Positions 18,787 to 28,991 of a stretch of DNA of 64,000 bases are shown here, in pieces. Source of the DNA: Veleropilina oligotropha (Eukaryota); contig JBEUKZ010000112.1 of assembly GCA_048128005.1 (NCBI GenBank), positions 744,001 through 808,000 of the forward strand. Direction: 5' to 3'. The position numbers and the translations under genes were made by a program. Each line of letters starts with the position of its first letter. Position 1 is the first letter of the stretch. Below the pieces are notes generated by a model. That model did no database searches, was not told the DNA's origin, and was given only the letters and a program-made list of their open reading frames with translations.

Positions 18787-19527
18787 ATGTTCCACACATT
18801 AACAAACGTTCAAGAGGGGACCGCGGTTGCCCTCCTGGAGCCGATTGATAACCGGGACGGCAAGCTATGTGTCAGCTTGCAGTCGCTCGACTATTGGGTA
18901 GGCTGGCACAACGTGCATGCCGGAGCCTTCTTTAAGACCCCGGATACCATGGTCGACGTGGCACCAGGTTTCTACAGCTTCGATGACCTCGCCAAGACGA
19001 TGAAGAGGTCGCTAGTTAACCTACAACTAGATGTAAGCCATGCTACAGGGCTCGCCCGAATCGTGGTCCCAGAGGGGACTCGACTCGCGATAAGCGACGA
19101 TATACGAAAACTCCTCGGCTTAGACCTCTCTTCGTTTATTCTCGATAAAGCAGGGAATCTGAACCAACCGGTTCGGGGAGTACAGGGCCAACCACCTCCC
19201 CCTCCGGAGAGATCCGAGTGGCTACGCCCTGGGACTTATGACGGGAATAAGCCTGTCGGGTTTGCCATAGCGCCAACCCTGCACGTTCACCTGGAGCAGC
19301 TCAGTACAACGCACAATGTGAAGGATGGCGCCCCGAGCACTATTCTCGCGGTGGTCCCTATCACGTCGCAGATGTTCGGTGAAGCTGGCCACTATCATAG
19401 CTATCCCGCCGGCCGGCGACTACAGGCCGGGCTAATCACAGAGTTGAAGGTTTACATCACAGACTCAGATGGTAAACCGCTCGACAATCACGGTATGCCT
19501 ATTTCCGCAGTCCTTGCGATACAATGA
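18787..19527 (+). CDS. Minor capsid protein (penton-like, single jelly-roll) (copy A)
   Basis: PGFYSFDDL, PSTILAVVPI and C-terminal ELKVYITDSDGKPLDNHGMPISAVLAI match the pattern of Polinton pentons. Confidence 0.8.
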   Translation: MFHTLTNVQEGTAVALLEPIDNRDGKLCVSLQSLDYWVGWHNVHAGAFFKTPDTMVDVAPGFYSFDDLAKTMKRSLVNLQLDVSHATGLARIVVPEGTRLAISDDIRKLLGLDLSSFILDKAGNLNQPVRGVQGQPPPPPERSEWLRPGTYDGNKPVGFAIAPTLHVHLEQLSTTHNVKDGAPSTILAVVPITSQMFGEAGHYHSYPAGRRLQAGLITELKVYITDSDGKPLDNHGMPISAVLAIQ

Positions 19528-19874
19528 GCAGCATCTACGGGACCCTGCTTGCAGACGAGCCCTCTTCCCCCCCGACCCGGTGGCACTTTGTCCTTAATTG
19601 TGGGGTAGCGCCCAATAAGGGGCTGGCGAGGAGGGAGTTCATGTTTCCAAACACTAGAGGTCGGTTCGGGTTGAACCCAGCCCTTCTAATGATCCACCTG
19701 ACGCTGGTCCAGCCGGCCGGGGGCCCCAAGGCATGTTCCATAAGTAAACTCAGCCTGGATTCGGATAAGTTAACCCTCGCCTTTGTCATCAAGGCCCCGT
19801 GGGTCGGCACTCTGTATTTGAACGTTACAGTAGACATTTTAAACAAACAGGCGGAACAATACAGCCACGTATGA
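19524..19874 (+). CDS. Hypothetical 116-aa viral protein
   Basis: ATGA overlaps at both ends; conserved in copy B. Confidence 0.68.
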   Translation: MSSIYGTLLADEPSSPPTRWHFVLNCGVAPNKGLARREFMFPNTRGRFGLNPALLMIHLTLVQPAGGPKACSISKLSLDSDKLTLAFVIKAPWVGTLYLNVTVDILNKQAEQYSHV

Positions 19875-20506
19875 TGGACAACAAACCCTCAGCGCCAACG
19901 CTGTACCCACAACTTGGTGGCGATGTGCCTTCGGAACTGCATGAGGCACAGTCCTTCCGACTACAGAAAGTGAATGAGCTTCAGGGACAATTAGAACGAG
20001 AGAGGGACACATGGGCTGCATTATATAAAAAGTACCGACGAGGTGTTAACGTCGTTGACGGGATAGATAACGGGCTAGTCGTCGCCACACTTGGTATGGG
20101 TAGCGCTGGAATTGGTCTACTGTCCACAATTGTAGCCGCCCCGGTCGTCCTAGTGCTGGAACTAGCGGCATTAGGGTGTGGGCTCGCTAGTATGGGTGGA
20201 AAGTATATCAGCCGGCGCCTCGGGGTGAAGGCTAAGAAACACGACGAGATTCGAGTCCTGGCCGACAGCAAGCTGAATACCATAACCGACCACGTCTCAA
20301 AGGCATTATCGGACGGGGTGATGTCTGATGATGAATTCCAACTGGTCACAGGGGAGATGGAGAAATACCAAGCCATGAAGGCATCAATCCGGGATAAGAG
20401 TAGGAAGGCGCACACCGCGATTTCACAGACCCAAAGCGAGCTTATTGAGCGAGGTCGTTTAGAGGGTCGCGCAGAGCTGCTGAAAAAAATCGGAGCTGGC
20501 GACTAA
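19871..20506 (+). CDS. Coiled-coil/hydrophobic-hairpin viral protein with N-terminal PSAP and LYPQL motifs (211 aa)
   Basis: MMDNKPSAPTLYPQL..., central double hydrophobic segment; conserved in copy B. Confidence 0.82.
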   Translation: MMDNKPSAPTLYPQLGGDVPSELHEAQSFRLQKVNELQGQLERERDTWAALYKKYRRGVNVVDGIDNGLVVATLGMGSAGIGLLSTIVAAPVVLVLELAALGCGLASMGGKYISRRLGVKAKKHDEIRVLADSKLNTITDHVSKALSDGVMSDDEFQLVTGEMEKYQAMKASIRDKSRKAHTAISQTQSELIERGRLEGRAELLKKIGAGD

Positions 20507-20588
20507 CTATCCAGGTTGAGCGTAGCCACGACTACCCCGCTCCTCCCCCGTATTAAAGCTAGAAATCGACAGTGGTATCTGGACAACC

Positions 20589-21020
20589 ATGAAATCCATG
20601 AAATCTATGCTACTGTGTATTGCCGCGGTGTGCTTTGCCGCGTGGGGTACCACCCAGGCGTCGTCGCGTGACACTGCATTAATTCTCGAACACACGTGGG
20701 CTAGGTACCGCAACGACCCCCTGTATAACCCCCGATTTGACCCCTTACGTAGAAACTTGCTTCTTCGCCCGGGTAGAGACCCCACCCCTGATGTCTCCCC
20801 ACTGTCGTGCCACTATTTTATTATCGGAGAAAATGACTGTAGCCCTGCCACACCCCGAGATACTGTCACATGTGTCCAGTGTTCGACCCCCTCGTTATGT
20901 CCTGGCAAGAATGGGGAGTATTATACCATGCTGTCTGGCTGCTTCGGTGTGTGGAGAAAAGTCGGACACATCTCACCCTGTAATTGTACTCTAGCAAGCG
21001 GTAACTATATATTCATATAA
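20589..21020 (+). CDS. Secreted cysteine-rich protein (viral cargo)
   Basis: Signal-peptide-like MKSMKSMLLCIAAVCFAAWGTTQA, RR site, 8-Cys C-terminal domain; conserved in copy B. Confidence 0.72.
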   Translation: MKSMKSMLLCIAAVCFAAWGTTQASSRDTALILEHTWARYRNDPLYNPRFDPLRRNLLLRPGRDPTPDVSPLSCHYFIIGENDCSPATPRDTVTCVQCSTPSLCPGKNGEYYTMLSGCFGVWRKVGHISPCNCTLASGNYIFI

Positions 21021-21744
21021 ACAGCTGCTTGTGAAATCTCTTGCCTTACACTATGTCACAGCTGGTTATATAAACATTTTTCAGGTCGACGAGAGCGACC
21101 TTTGTCCGATTTATGAATGAAATACCTCGCATCAATAAGTTACTAGTCGAACCTGGTCACGTGTAGTATTAATACAGCCTGCCGGCTGTCCATTGTTGAC
21201 TATCCAGTACAGCCTCAATTACTTAAAACCATGAAACAATAGACGCCTAGTGGATTTCTCAGTGGGTAAATATAAACGCTTGGCCTATCAAGCCATGTCT
21301 TTACAAGTATCTGGTCGCGCCTACCGTTCCATTGTTCTCTCGCTGCTATCTCAGGCCGGCTGACCTAGATTTTGTCTAACGCATTTCTCATAGCAAAGAA
21401 GTCGCAAGCTGTCGTATAGGTATTTAGCTGTTGGTGAAAAAGAAAAAAAAAACCTACTGGCACAGAAAATAAAAAAATCGGTCCCCAAGATTCCGTTTGG
21501 CACAGAAAATAAAAATCGGTCCCCGTGTTTACATGGTGGACAGTAATCCTGTCGAGTCATTCGTCACGTGGCAATGAGTTTCTAGAATAATCACAGATCG
21601 TCAACAAGTTATATATGGGAATGTGGCAATAAACTGATCTAGAAGGCTGTAGAAGGCTGGAGGGGGATTAGTGATATGAGTTTCGGCCGAAATGTCCACA
21701 GGTAAGTGTTTTAATTTAATTTACTATTCTAAGCTACCCTAGTT

Positions 21745-22032
21745 TGTACACACGGTAACTTTTTGTAATACAATCCCTACCCCGGGGTCTGGAAAGGGTG
21801 CTGGGAGCCTCCACGGCGGCCGCCCCGCCCCTAGTCTAACTCCATAGTTCCCACCAGTACAACCCTATCAGTTCTGAAATAGGGCTGGGAGCCTTATTTT
21901 CCCATTCTAAAAAGTACACTCACCCCCCCTGCTGCTGAGTTGAGATCCATATTAATTCTGAAAAGGTGCTGGGAGCCTTAATTTCCCTCGCCGCGCCCCC
22001 ACATAAAAGGTATGGTCACCCCCCCTGCTGCT
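21745..22032 (-). repeat. Right TIR of copy A
   Basis: Ends CCCCCTGCTGCT followed by TSD CGTAG. Confidence 0.92.
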
Positions 22033-23712
22033 CGTAGTGACAAGACTATTTTATCCCTAATTAGGACTAATGCGGTAAATTATAACATTTTGAATTCACA
22101 AAATACCTATTAAACACGAAATTCGATTAACACAACATATGATAAGGAATTTTTTTTTTTATTATTTTAATTTGTACGGTATTCAAACTAAATATATTGC
22201 ATAATTATTTATAATAACTAAAATTCAATTCAACCAATTATTGAAAGAGATCTATGTTAATCGCTAAATAAATTGAATGGGCAATTAAAATAGAAATATG
22301 TTCTGATGAATTTATCTTTATTACTGAATCGGAACCATATAAATGGCCCCAACTACTTTTCTAATGGTTTATCAATACAAACGTTTATATTCAATAGAGA
22401 CAATAAAGGTAGCCACTAATTGTATTTCATTCTATGTTTTGCTTTACATGTTATTATAATGTACAAGCGGTCAGTAATTTGTCTGCTCAATAACAATGGG
22501 GACAACTTAAAGTTGGCACTATAATGAAATATTATTGAAACGGACCATGTTACCAGTTACCCTTTGATAAGCTTTTTTAAGACGTAAATAATTTAATTAA
22601 ATCTTCGTTGTACAATAGCCGAGTCGGTGTAATCGAGTGTAAATTAGAAAAAGGTGAAAATATTCCATAATAAAATGCAACAAATAAAGAAGAGAGTCCA
22701 TCACAAAATGAATATCAACGCTTGACATATGCAAGAAAATTGGTCGTTTTAAAATGCAAATATGTGCTATAAATCTTCGTTATATTTCACTACGCAATAG
22801 ATGAGCTCAAGCAATTGAATGCAAATAAAAAGATGGTGCAAATATCAAAAAGTATAATGTAACAACTGGCGAGGAGAAGAAGTTGCAAAATAGAGTACTT
22901 TACACTGTGAAAATATTAACGCTGAACATATTCAGGAAAAATCGTAATTTTTAATTGCAATTATACGATATAAATCTTCGTAAAATTTCACTTCACAATA
23001 GAAGAGTCGAAGAAATAGGATATAAATAAAATGATGGGCAAGATATTCAAAAGTAAAATGTAGCAGCTGACGAAGAGAAGAAGTTGCAAAATGTACCATT
23101 TTTCGATTCGAAAACTTTCTCATCGACGCCATTTTGGATTTTCGTAAATAACGCAGAACATACAATATCATAACACTTATCTATGCTTTTTTGACCTAAT
23201 TTTAAAGATATAAGCACATACACACAATCTACAATATATATATAATATCTATTTATGTGCATACAGATGTATGACAAATAGTAGCGAATAGTTTATATGG
23301 GATTCAATTAGCAGGTTGTTGCTATGCTTATTAGATTGCAGGCGAACTCTGGCCTATTAACGCCGTGTATGTGATTTCAACGCGATCTTTAAAGCTGCCA
23401 GTCCCTCTAGTATAGTAGTCCCAGGTGGTATGAATACACGGTTAACCGATTGGCCCCCGGTCTATATCTACCTCGTAATAATTATTTCTTTCCTATTAAT
23501 TCGGCCTAACGTCCTCTTATTATCATAAGTACTTCGTCGCCATTTCTTCGCATTACTTGTTACCGTGGGTCGCCGTCCGAACGACCCACGGCTAACCAGC
23601 ATACACCATGAGCGTGATATGCGAACAACAGAACTCCTAGTGTCGGTTACTCCTTTGTTCCAGAAACAACCCAAACAATGAGTTAACTCGGATCGCTGAT
23701 CAATGACAAGTA

Positions 23713-24692
23713 TGTAACCAGCCTTGTGAGGATTCCCAAAGCGGCTCTGAAGGATTCGGGCAGTGCGTGTGTGTGGGGATGATAAAGACGCTCTGGTGTA
23801 AATCCGTAGTTTATTTAAACGAACAGCTGAATAGCGTACAGGAAAAGCGTACACGGACACGTTTAGCAACAATATAAGTAGCGAACAGCAACAATATACA
23901 CGAACACGTAGCGTACAGCAACAACATACACGGGCAATGCAGCGTACAGCATAGATATACACGAGCGCGTAGCGAATAGCACGGGCACTACATGCACATG
24001 CAGCACGTGCACTACAAGCACCTTGTCCTGCAGTTAGAAGACAAAGATATTCACTCAATATCGGTTAATTAATCGTAATATCATATACTGATCATCTACT
24101 GCAGCGACAAGACTATAAATCTTATATATTACACAATAATTAATACGCGTCCCTTAATCTACCTTGTTGCTCCATATTTACACATATAATATATAGCAAG
24201 ATACGTTTAGTCTCACCGAATCGAAGGATGAACGGATAACCTGCTCCACATATTTATACAGCACAAAATACATATCAAATGACAAACATACATATTAAAT
24301 ATATATACGAAATACGGTTTACCTGCGGCAAGGTGCTTATCTCTCACGGAGTGGGACGGTAGGCATTGACGGACACCTAAACGTTTGTAACACAGCGATT
24401 TGCCGTAGTTAGATTCGTCTCCCACGATGGCGACAAAAGGGATGTCAAACTGCCACTCTCAAAGTTGTCGATACGAATGATTTGTATTCCGCGCGAAGAT
24501 CACGACTTCTGCCTCGCTCTCGCAAGTTATGTGAAATTGATTTGCGCGTACACAAGAGGCTCACTACAGGTATTACCTTTATGGATAGCAGAATATATCA
24601 TTAATACGAACAAATAAACCTAGTACATACAATAAGTATATAAATAAACAAGACAGGATAATAATTGAAACGCATTTATTCAGTATGTTACA
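23713..24692 (-). repeat. 3' LTR
   Basis: Direct repeat of 31326-32303; adjacent PPT GGGGGGGAGTA on the minus strand. Confidence 0.95.
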
Positions 24693-26443
24693 TACTCCCC
24701 CCCAACGAGAAACGCCGTCCCCGGTGTTCCCCACCATATATTATCTACATACTGTACTTGGTTTGTGACGTACTGATCAAGATACGCTGGGCGACGTCTT
24801 TCACGCGTCGAACGTCGTAGCGGCGACCGTTCTATTGGTTGCTGATCGTCCTCAGGAATATCTTCTTCCACCTCTTCGACGTCCTCAACCTCTTCAACAA
24901 CCATATCTACTTCTGCCTGTGGTGAAGATGTTTCTTCGGTGTCCTCCTGAATATCAGACCTCACATATATCAAGTCTCCATCTGAACTACTGCTGGATTC
25001 CTGATCTTCATCGTCATATGAGTTATCACGAGGTATTGGTTTGGCTTTTGGTTCAACAGGTTTCGATACGTTATCGGGCTTAGATGGTAGCTGCGCATCA
25101 AGCAGTGGCAATAATAAGTTTCTATGGATCATTCGTTTTCGTCCATGGTTTACACCACATTTCCTGACAGAATACACTGGTATTTCCTCGTTTGGCTGGT
25201 CTGTTGCTATGTACACGTCCTCCTCCCAGCGATCGGCAATTTTATGTCGTCCCTTAAACCCTGTTCTCTTTACAAGAACCTGATCCCCGGGGTGTACCAC
25301 ACCACCCCTCACACCTCTGCGATCATATTCTTTCTTCTGTTTCCTATTGGCTCCTTGCATCCTGCGTGACGTGATGTCAAAAGCTACCTTCATGCGTGTT
25401 TTCAATTCAGACACAAAATCGAGCTCACCGTCATTTGAATCTATGCCCATAACAACATCAATTGGCAGTCGGGGGTTCCGTCCAAACAGAAGATAAAAGG
25501 GGGAATAACCAGTAGTGTCGTGTTTCGTAGAATTGTACGCTTGAACCAGAGACGGTAAGTGGGTTTTCCAATCAGCTTTCTGTTCTTCATTCAGTGTTCC
25601 CAGCATTTTGAGTAAAGTTCGATTGAATCTTTCGGTGATTCCATTTCCCATCGGATGATACGGGGTTGTCTTTGATTTGGTAATGCCGTAAATCGCACAA
25701 AGCTGTTTAATAATATTTGACGTGAAATTCCTTCCTTGGTCACTGTGAAGCTGTTCTGGAATGCCATAGTGCACAATGAAATTGTTAAATAATAACTGCG
25801 CTGTCGTACGTGCTGATCGATTCTTAGTCGCATATGCTTGTGCGTACTTCGTGAAATGATCCGTCACAACAAGGATGTTCTCGTAACCACCTTTACTTTG
25901 TTCGACAGTTAAAAAGTCCATACACACCAACTGTAGAGGCCGTGTTGTCACTATGTTGACAAGGGGAGCTTTCTGCGGTAATTGGGGAGATTTCCGTCGA
26001 ATGCAACGATTGCAATTATGCACTTTATTCTCGACGTCACGAGCCATACCCGGCCAATAGAAACGATTTCTTACCAAGTCAAGTGTTCGCTCAATCCCAA
26101 AGTGTCCCACATCATCATGAAGACCGGTTAACACTTGTTCACGATACTTCAGAGGTAAAACTAACTGATATACTGGATTGTCGTTTTGAAATCGTTTCCT
26201 GTGTAGAATTCCGTCTCTAAATTCCAACCGTTTCCACTCTCGAAGAAGATTCTTACTTTCCAATGAAAATTGACATTTATTTCTTGTTGTAGGTTGCTTT
26301 CCGCTTTCTACTAATCGCAAAACTTTGCATATCTCAGTATCGCATTCTTGTCGTTCTCGCCAATTGATTTCCTTTGTGGAAAGAAGAGAATTGCATACCA
26401 CCGCATCTCCAATGTCTGGGTTAGTTGTTAAACTGTCAATCAA
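24680..26443 (-). CDS. Gypsy pol fragment: integrase
   Basis: HHCC (HDDVGH...CNRC), MDF, HSDQGRNF, ERFNRTL, GPY/F-like region. Confidence 0.92.
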   Translation of the reverse strand: MIDSLTTNPDIGDAVVCNSLLSTKEINWRERQECDTEICKVLRLVESGKQPTTRNKCQFSLESKNLLREWKRLEFRDGILHRKRFQNDNPVYQLVLPLKYREQVLTGLHDDVGHFGIERTLDLVRNRFYWPGMARDVENKVHNCNRCIRRKSPQLPQKAPLVNIVTTRPLQLVCMDFLTVEQSKGGYENILVVTDHFTKYAQAYATKNRSARTTAQLLFNNFIVHYGIPEQLHSDQGRNFTSNIIKQLCAIYGITKSKTTPYHPMGNGITERFNRTLLKMLGTLNEEQKADWKTHLPSLVQAYNSTKHDTTGYSPFYLLFGRNPRLPIDVVMGIDSNDGELDFVSELKTRMKVAFDITSRRMQGANRKQKKEYDRRGVRGGVVHPGDQVLVKRTGFKGRHKIADRWEEDVYIATDQPNEEIPVYSVRKCGVNHGRKRMIHRNLLLPLLDAQLPSKPDNVSKPVEPKAKPIPRDNSYDDEDQESSSSSDGDLIYVRSDIQEDTEETSSPQAEVDMVVEEVEDVEEVEEDIPEDDQQPIERSPLRRSTRERRRPAYLDQYVTNQVQYVDNIWWGTPGTAFLVGGEYVTY

Positions 26444-26455
26444 GACGACGTCTTG

Positions 26456-28114
26456 TCAATGTTCGTGCACCTCGCAGAGACCTTTGACCATCTCAACACT
26501 CACAGGGTTAAATGGTTGTGGCTTTCGTGATAAAGCATCGGCGTCTCCGTTGCACTTCCCTGGGCGGTAATGCAAAGAAAAATCATACAAGGATAACTCA
26601 GCAATCCATCTTTGGCCAGTAGCGTCAAGTTTTGCAGATGACATAACATATGTAAGTGGATTGTTGTCTGTAAATACTTTGAATGAATTCCCGTACAGAT
26701 AATCGTGGAATTTATTTGTAACTGCCCACTTTAAAGCTAAAAACTCGAGTTTATGAGCTGGGTAATTGCGTTCACTCTTAGTTAATCCTCTACTCGCATA
26801 TGCTATTACTCTCTCTTTTCCATCTTTAACCTGATAGAGAACAGCGCCTAATCCTAACATGCTGGCATCCGTGTGAAGTATAAATGGTTCAGTATAATCT
26901 GCAAATGCAAGCACTGGAGCTGTTGTAAGTTGGTCGATCAATTTATGAAAGGCATTATCTTGCTCCTTCTCCCATCTCCATTTAGTCGGCGTGCGCCTTT
27001 TTCTTCTTGTTTTAGATAATTTGCCGCTGTTTCCTCCTTCTAATAAGTAGTGTAATGGACGTGCGATGCTGGAATAACCTTCGACAAAACGACGATAATA
27101 CCCTGCAAACCCAAGAAAACATCTTAGTTCATCTACATTCTTGGGAATCGGCCAATTCTTCAGGGCATCTATCTTGTCTGGGTCCGTTTCGACGCCATTT
27201 TCTGAAACAATGTGGCCAAGGTACTTAACCTTAGTGTGCAGTAGATGACATTTGTCCGGTCGAAGACGTAACCCTACTTCATCCAGTCTCTCAAAAACCA
27301 AATCAAGGCGTGTTAAGTGATCTTCAACTGTTGCCGAATAGACTATAATGTCGTCGAGATATATCACACACTTTTCATTGTTCATATCCTCAAATGTGCT
27401 CTCCATCAGGCGTTGGAACGATGCTGGCGCATTTGTGAGTCCAAAAGCCATCCTATTGTACTCAAAAAATCCTAACGCACCTGCTGAAAAAGCGGTTCTG
27501 TGTTTGTGTTCTTCCTTTATGTCAACCTGCCAGTAACCATGACGTAGATCCAAACTTGAGTAGTATTTGGAGTTGACTAAAGTATCCAGGGTGTCTTCAA
27601 TCCTAGGTATATGGTAAGAGTCTTTAATAGTTCTTGCATTCAATTTTCTGAAGTCCGTGCAGATCCTCAAAGTTCCATCCTTTTTCCTCACGAACACCAG
27701 ATTCGAGCTCCAAGGACTATGCGACTTCCTTATCACTCCACTATCTAGCATTTCTTGCAGATGCTTTCGCACTTCGTTGTAAATTCCTGGAGGGATTTTC
27801 CTGATCCGATCGCGGAAAGGTGTATCATCGCTAAGAGGGATTTCGTGTTCAATCACCTTTGTGTGACCTAGCTCTGCATCATCTGTAGCAAAAACAGAAC
27901 TCCAATGACGTAACAGTTTATCCAGTGCAGCTGCTTCACTTTCTGATATTTCGGTTCCTATATCAAATTCCGTAATGTCAAACGTCTTGGCTTGAGAAAA
28001 AACCACAATGGGCCTGGCTGACCGGAGTGACATTTTTAACCAACTCCAGTTTGCATATGATAGTGTTCGCTGGAATATAAATTTCCTTATTAGACATGTT
28101 ACATAGTCGAACAC
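26456..28114 (-). CDS. Gypsy pol fragment: RT/RNase H
   Basis: LDLRHGYWQ, MAFGLTNAPASFQ, YLDD, TDAS, DALSR; frameshifted relative to neighbouring pieces. Confidence 0.93.
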   Translation of the reverse strand: MFDYVTCLIRKFIFQRTLSYANWSWLKMSLRSARPIVVFSQAKTFDITEFDIGTEISESEAAALDKLLRHWSSVFATDDAELGHTKVIEHEIPLSDDTPFRDRIRKIPPGIYNEVRKHLQEMLDSGVIRKSHSPWSSNLVFVRKKDGTLRICTDFRKLNARTIKDSYHIPRIEDTLDTLVNSKYYSSLDLRHGYWQVDIKEEHKHRTAFSAGALGFFEYNRMAFGLTNAPASFQRLMESTFEDMNNEKCVIYLDDIIVYSATVEDHLTRLDLVFERLDEVGLRLRPDKCHLLHTKVKYLGHIVSENGVETDPDKIDALKNWPIPKNVDELRCFLGFAGYYRRFVEGYSSIARPLHYLLEGGNSGKLSKTRRKRRTPTKWRWEKEQDNAFHKLIDQLTTAPVLAFADYTEPFILHTDASMLGLGAVLYQVKDGKERVIAYASRGLTKSERNYPAHKLEFLALKWAVTNKFHDYLYGNSFKVFTDNNPLTYVMSSAKLDATGQRWIAELSLYDFSLHYRPGKCNGDADALSRKPQPFNPVSVEMVKGLCEVHEH

Positions 28115-28991
28115 TAACTTCTTGACTCTTTACCAGCACCACTGCTGGGGGAATATACAGTCCACCTGGCATATTATCAGCCATCTCTGTTACAAAGGTG
28201 CATGGGCGACTAATAGTTGGATAATTTATTACAGGGTTTACCGTAACCTCAGTATTAGGGTCAATTGATAACCTTGACGCAGTGACAGCATGTATTCCTT
28301 CCTCTAATTTACCATATAACCTGTTACCTGCTTCCATCCACTGATATGCCAGTCTCCACGGTGACGATATATCCATCGTGCTTAAATACTCTGTACCAGA
28401 CCTGGCCTCGCACATAATACGACATTCTTTAATTATGTTGGTTCCTATTATTATAGGGGTAGTCTTATTAAAGTTGGTATCTGGGACGACTAACAGTAAT
28501 GCATGGATGACGGTATCCGGACAATTGGATTTATCCGCAAAAGACATGTCAACTTCGATGTATCCCAAGTAGGGGAGGCTGTGCCCTCCAGCACCTTGAA
28601 TATGTAGCAACTCCTTCACTGGTTGCAAGGGTCTGTGAATATTATTTTCATAAAATAATTTAGAGATAGTTGAGATCATAGAACCTGCGTCTATCAACGC
28701 TTTACATTTAACTCCATCTAGTGCAATGTTTGCATCATTTGAACCGCCTACTAGAGAGTCCATAACACCCTTATCTCTACCCAAATTAACTCCCTTGGAT
28801 TCTGTTTCATGTGATTTATTTACAAAAGGTTTATTTACATGGGATGTATTTATAGTTTTAGGTACATCATCGGAGCGATTTTTGTTCAACTTTGGGCCCA
28901 GCGTCCGCTCTTCGACACTGACCCTTTGTCGTTTCCCTGATTCCGATAGCATCCCTTTGCTATATGTCCTGGTTGGTTGCACTTGAAACAT
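27978..28991 (-). CDS. Gypsy pol fragment: aspartic protease
   Basis: ALIDAGSMIS, IIIGTNII. Confidence 0.85.
   Translation of the reverse strand: MFQVQPTRTYSKGMLSESGKRQRVSVEERTLGPKLNKNRSDDVPKTINTSHVNKPFVNKSHETESKGVNLGRDKGVMDSLVGGSNDANIALDGVKCKALIDAGSMISTISKLFYENNIHRPLQPVKELLHIQGAGGHSLPYLGYIEVDMSFADKSNCPDTVIHALLLVVPDTNFNKTTPIIIGTNIIKECRIMCEARSGTEYLSTMDISSPWRLAYQWMEAGNRLYGKLEEGIHAVTASRLSIDPNTEVTVNPVINYPTISRPCTFVTEMADNMPGGLYIPPAVVLVKSQEVSVRLCNMSNKEIYIPANTIICKLELVKNVTPVSQAHCGFFSSQDV

Larger units (their letters stand above)
6515..22032. mobile_element. Endogenous Polinton/PLV-like dsDNA virus, copy A (15518 bp)
   Basis: TIRs starting AGCAGCAGGGGGGGTG; 5-bp TSD CGTAG (6510-6514, 22033-22037); integrase, packaging ATPase, MCP, penton and PolB-helicase genes; GC-rich against AT-rich flanks. 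Confidence 0.95.
6405..23424. mobile_element. Non-autonomous TIR element (~1.5 kb of its own sequence) interrupted by virus copy A
   Basis: CTGGGACTACTATAAGAGGGACTGG at 6405 is inverted to CCAGTCCCTCTAGTATAGTAGTCCCAG ending 23424; GTGGTAT direct repeat on both flanks (6398-6404, 23425-23431). Confidence 0.72.

Noticed and set aside
22600..23130. Degenerate ~170-200 bp repeats (AATCTTCGT...CAATAG)
   Set aside because: Too diverged to define; probably internal repeats of the enclosing TIR element
23468..24058. 196-aa and 207-aa (31048-31671) Cys-rich ORFs
   Set aside because: Lie in the LTRs, derive from low-complexity repeats and run out into unrelated flanks
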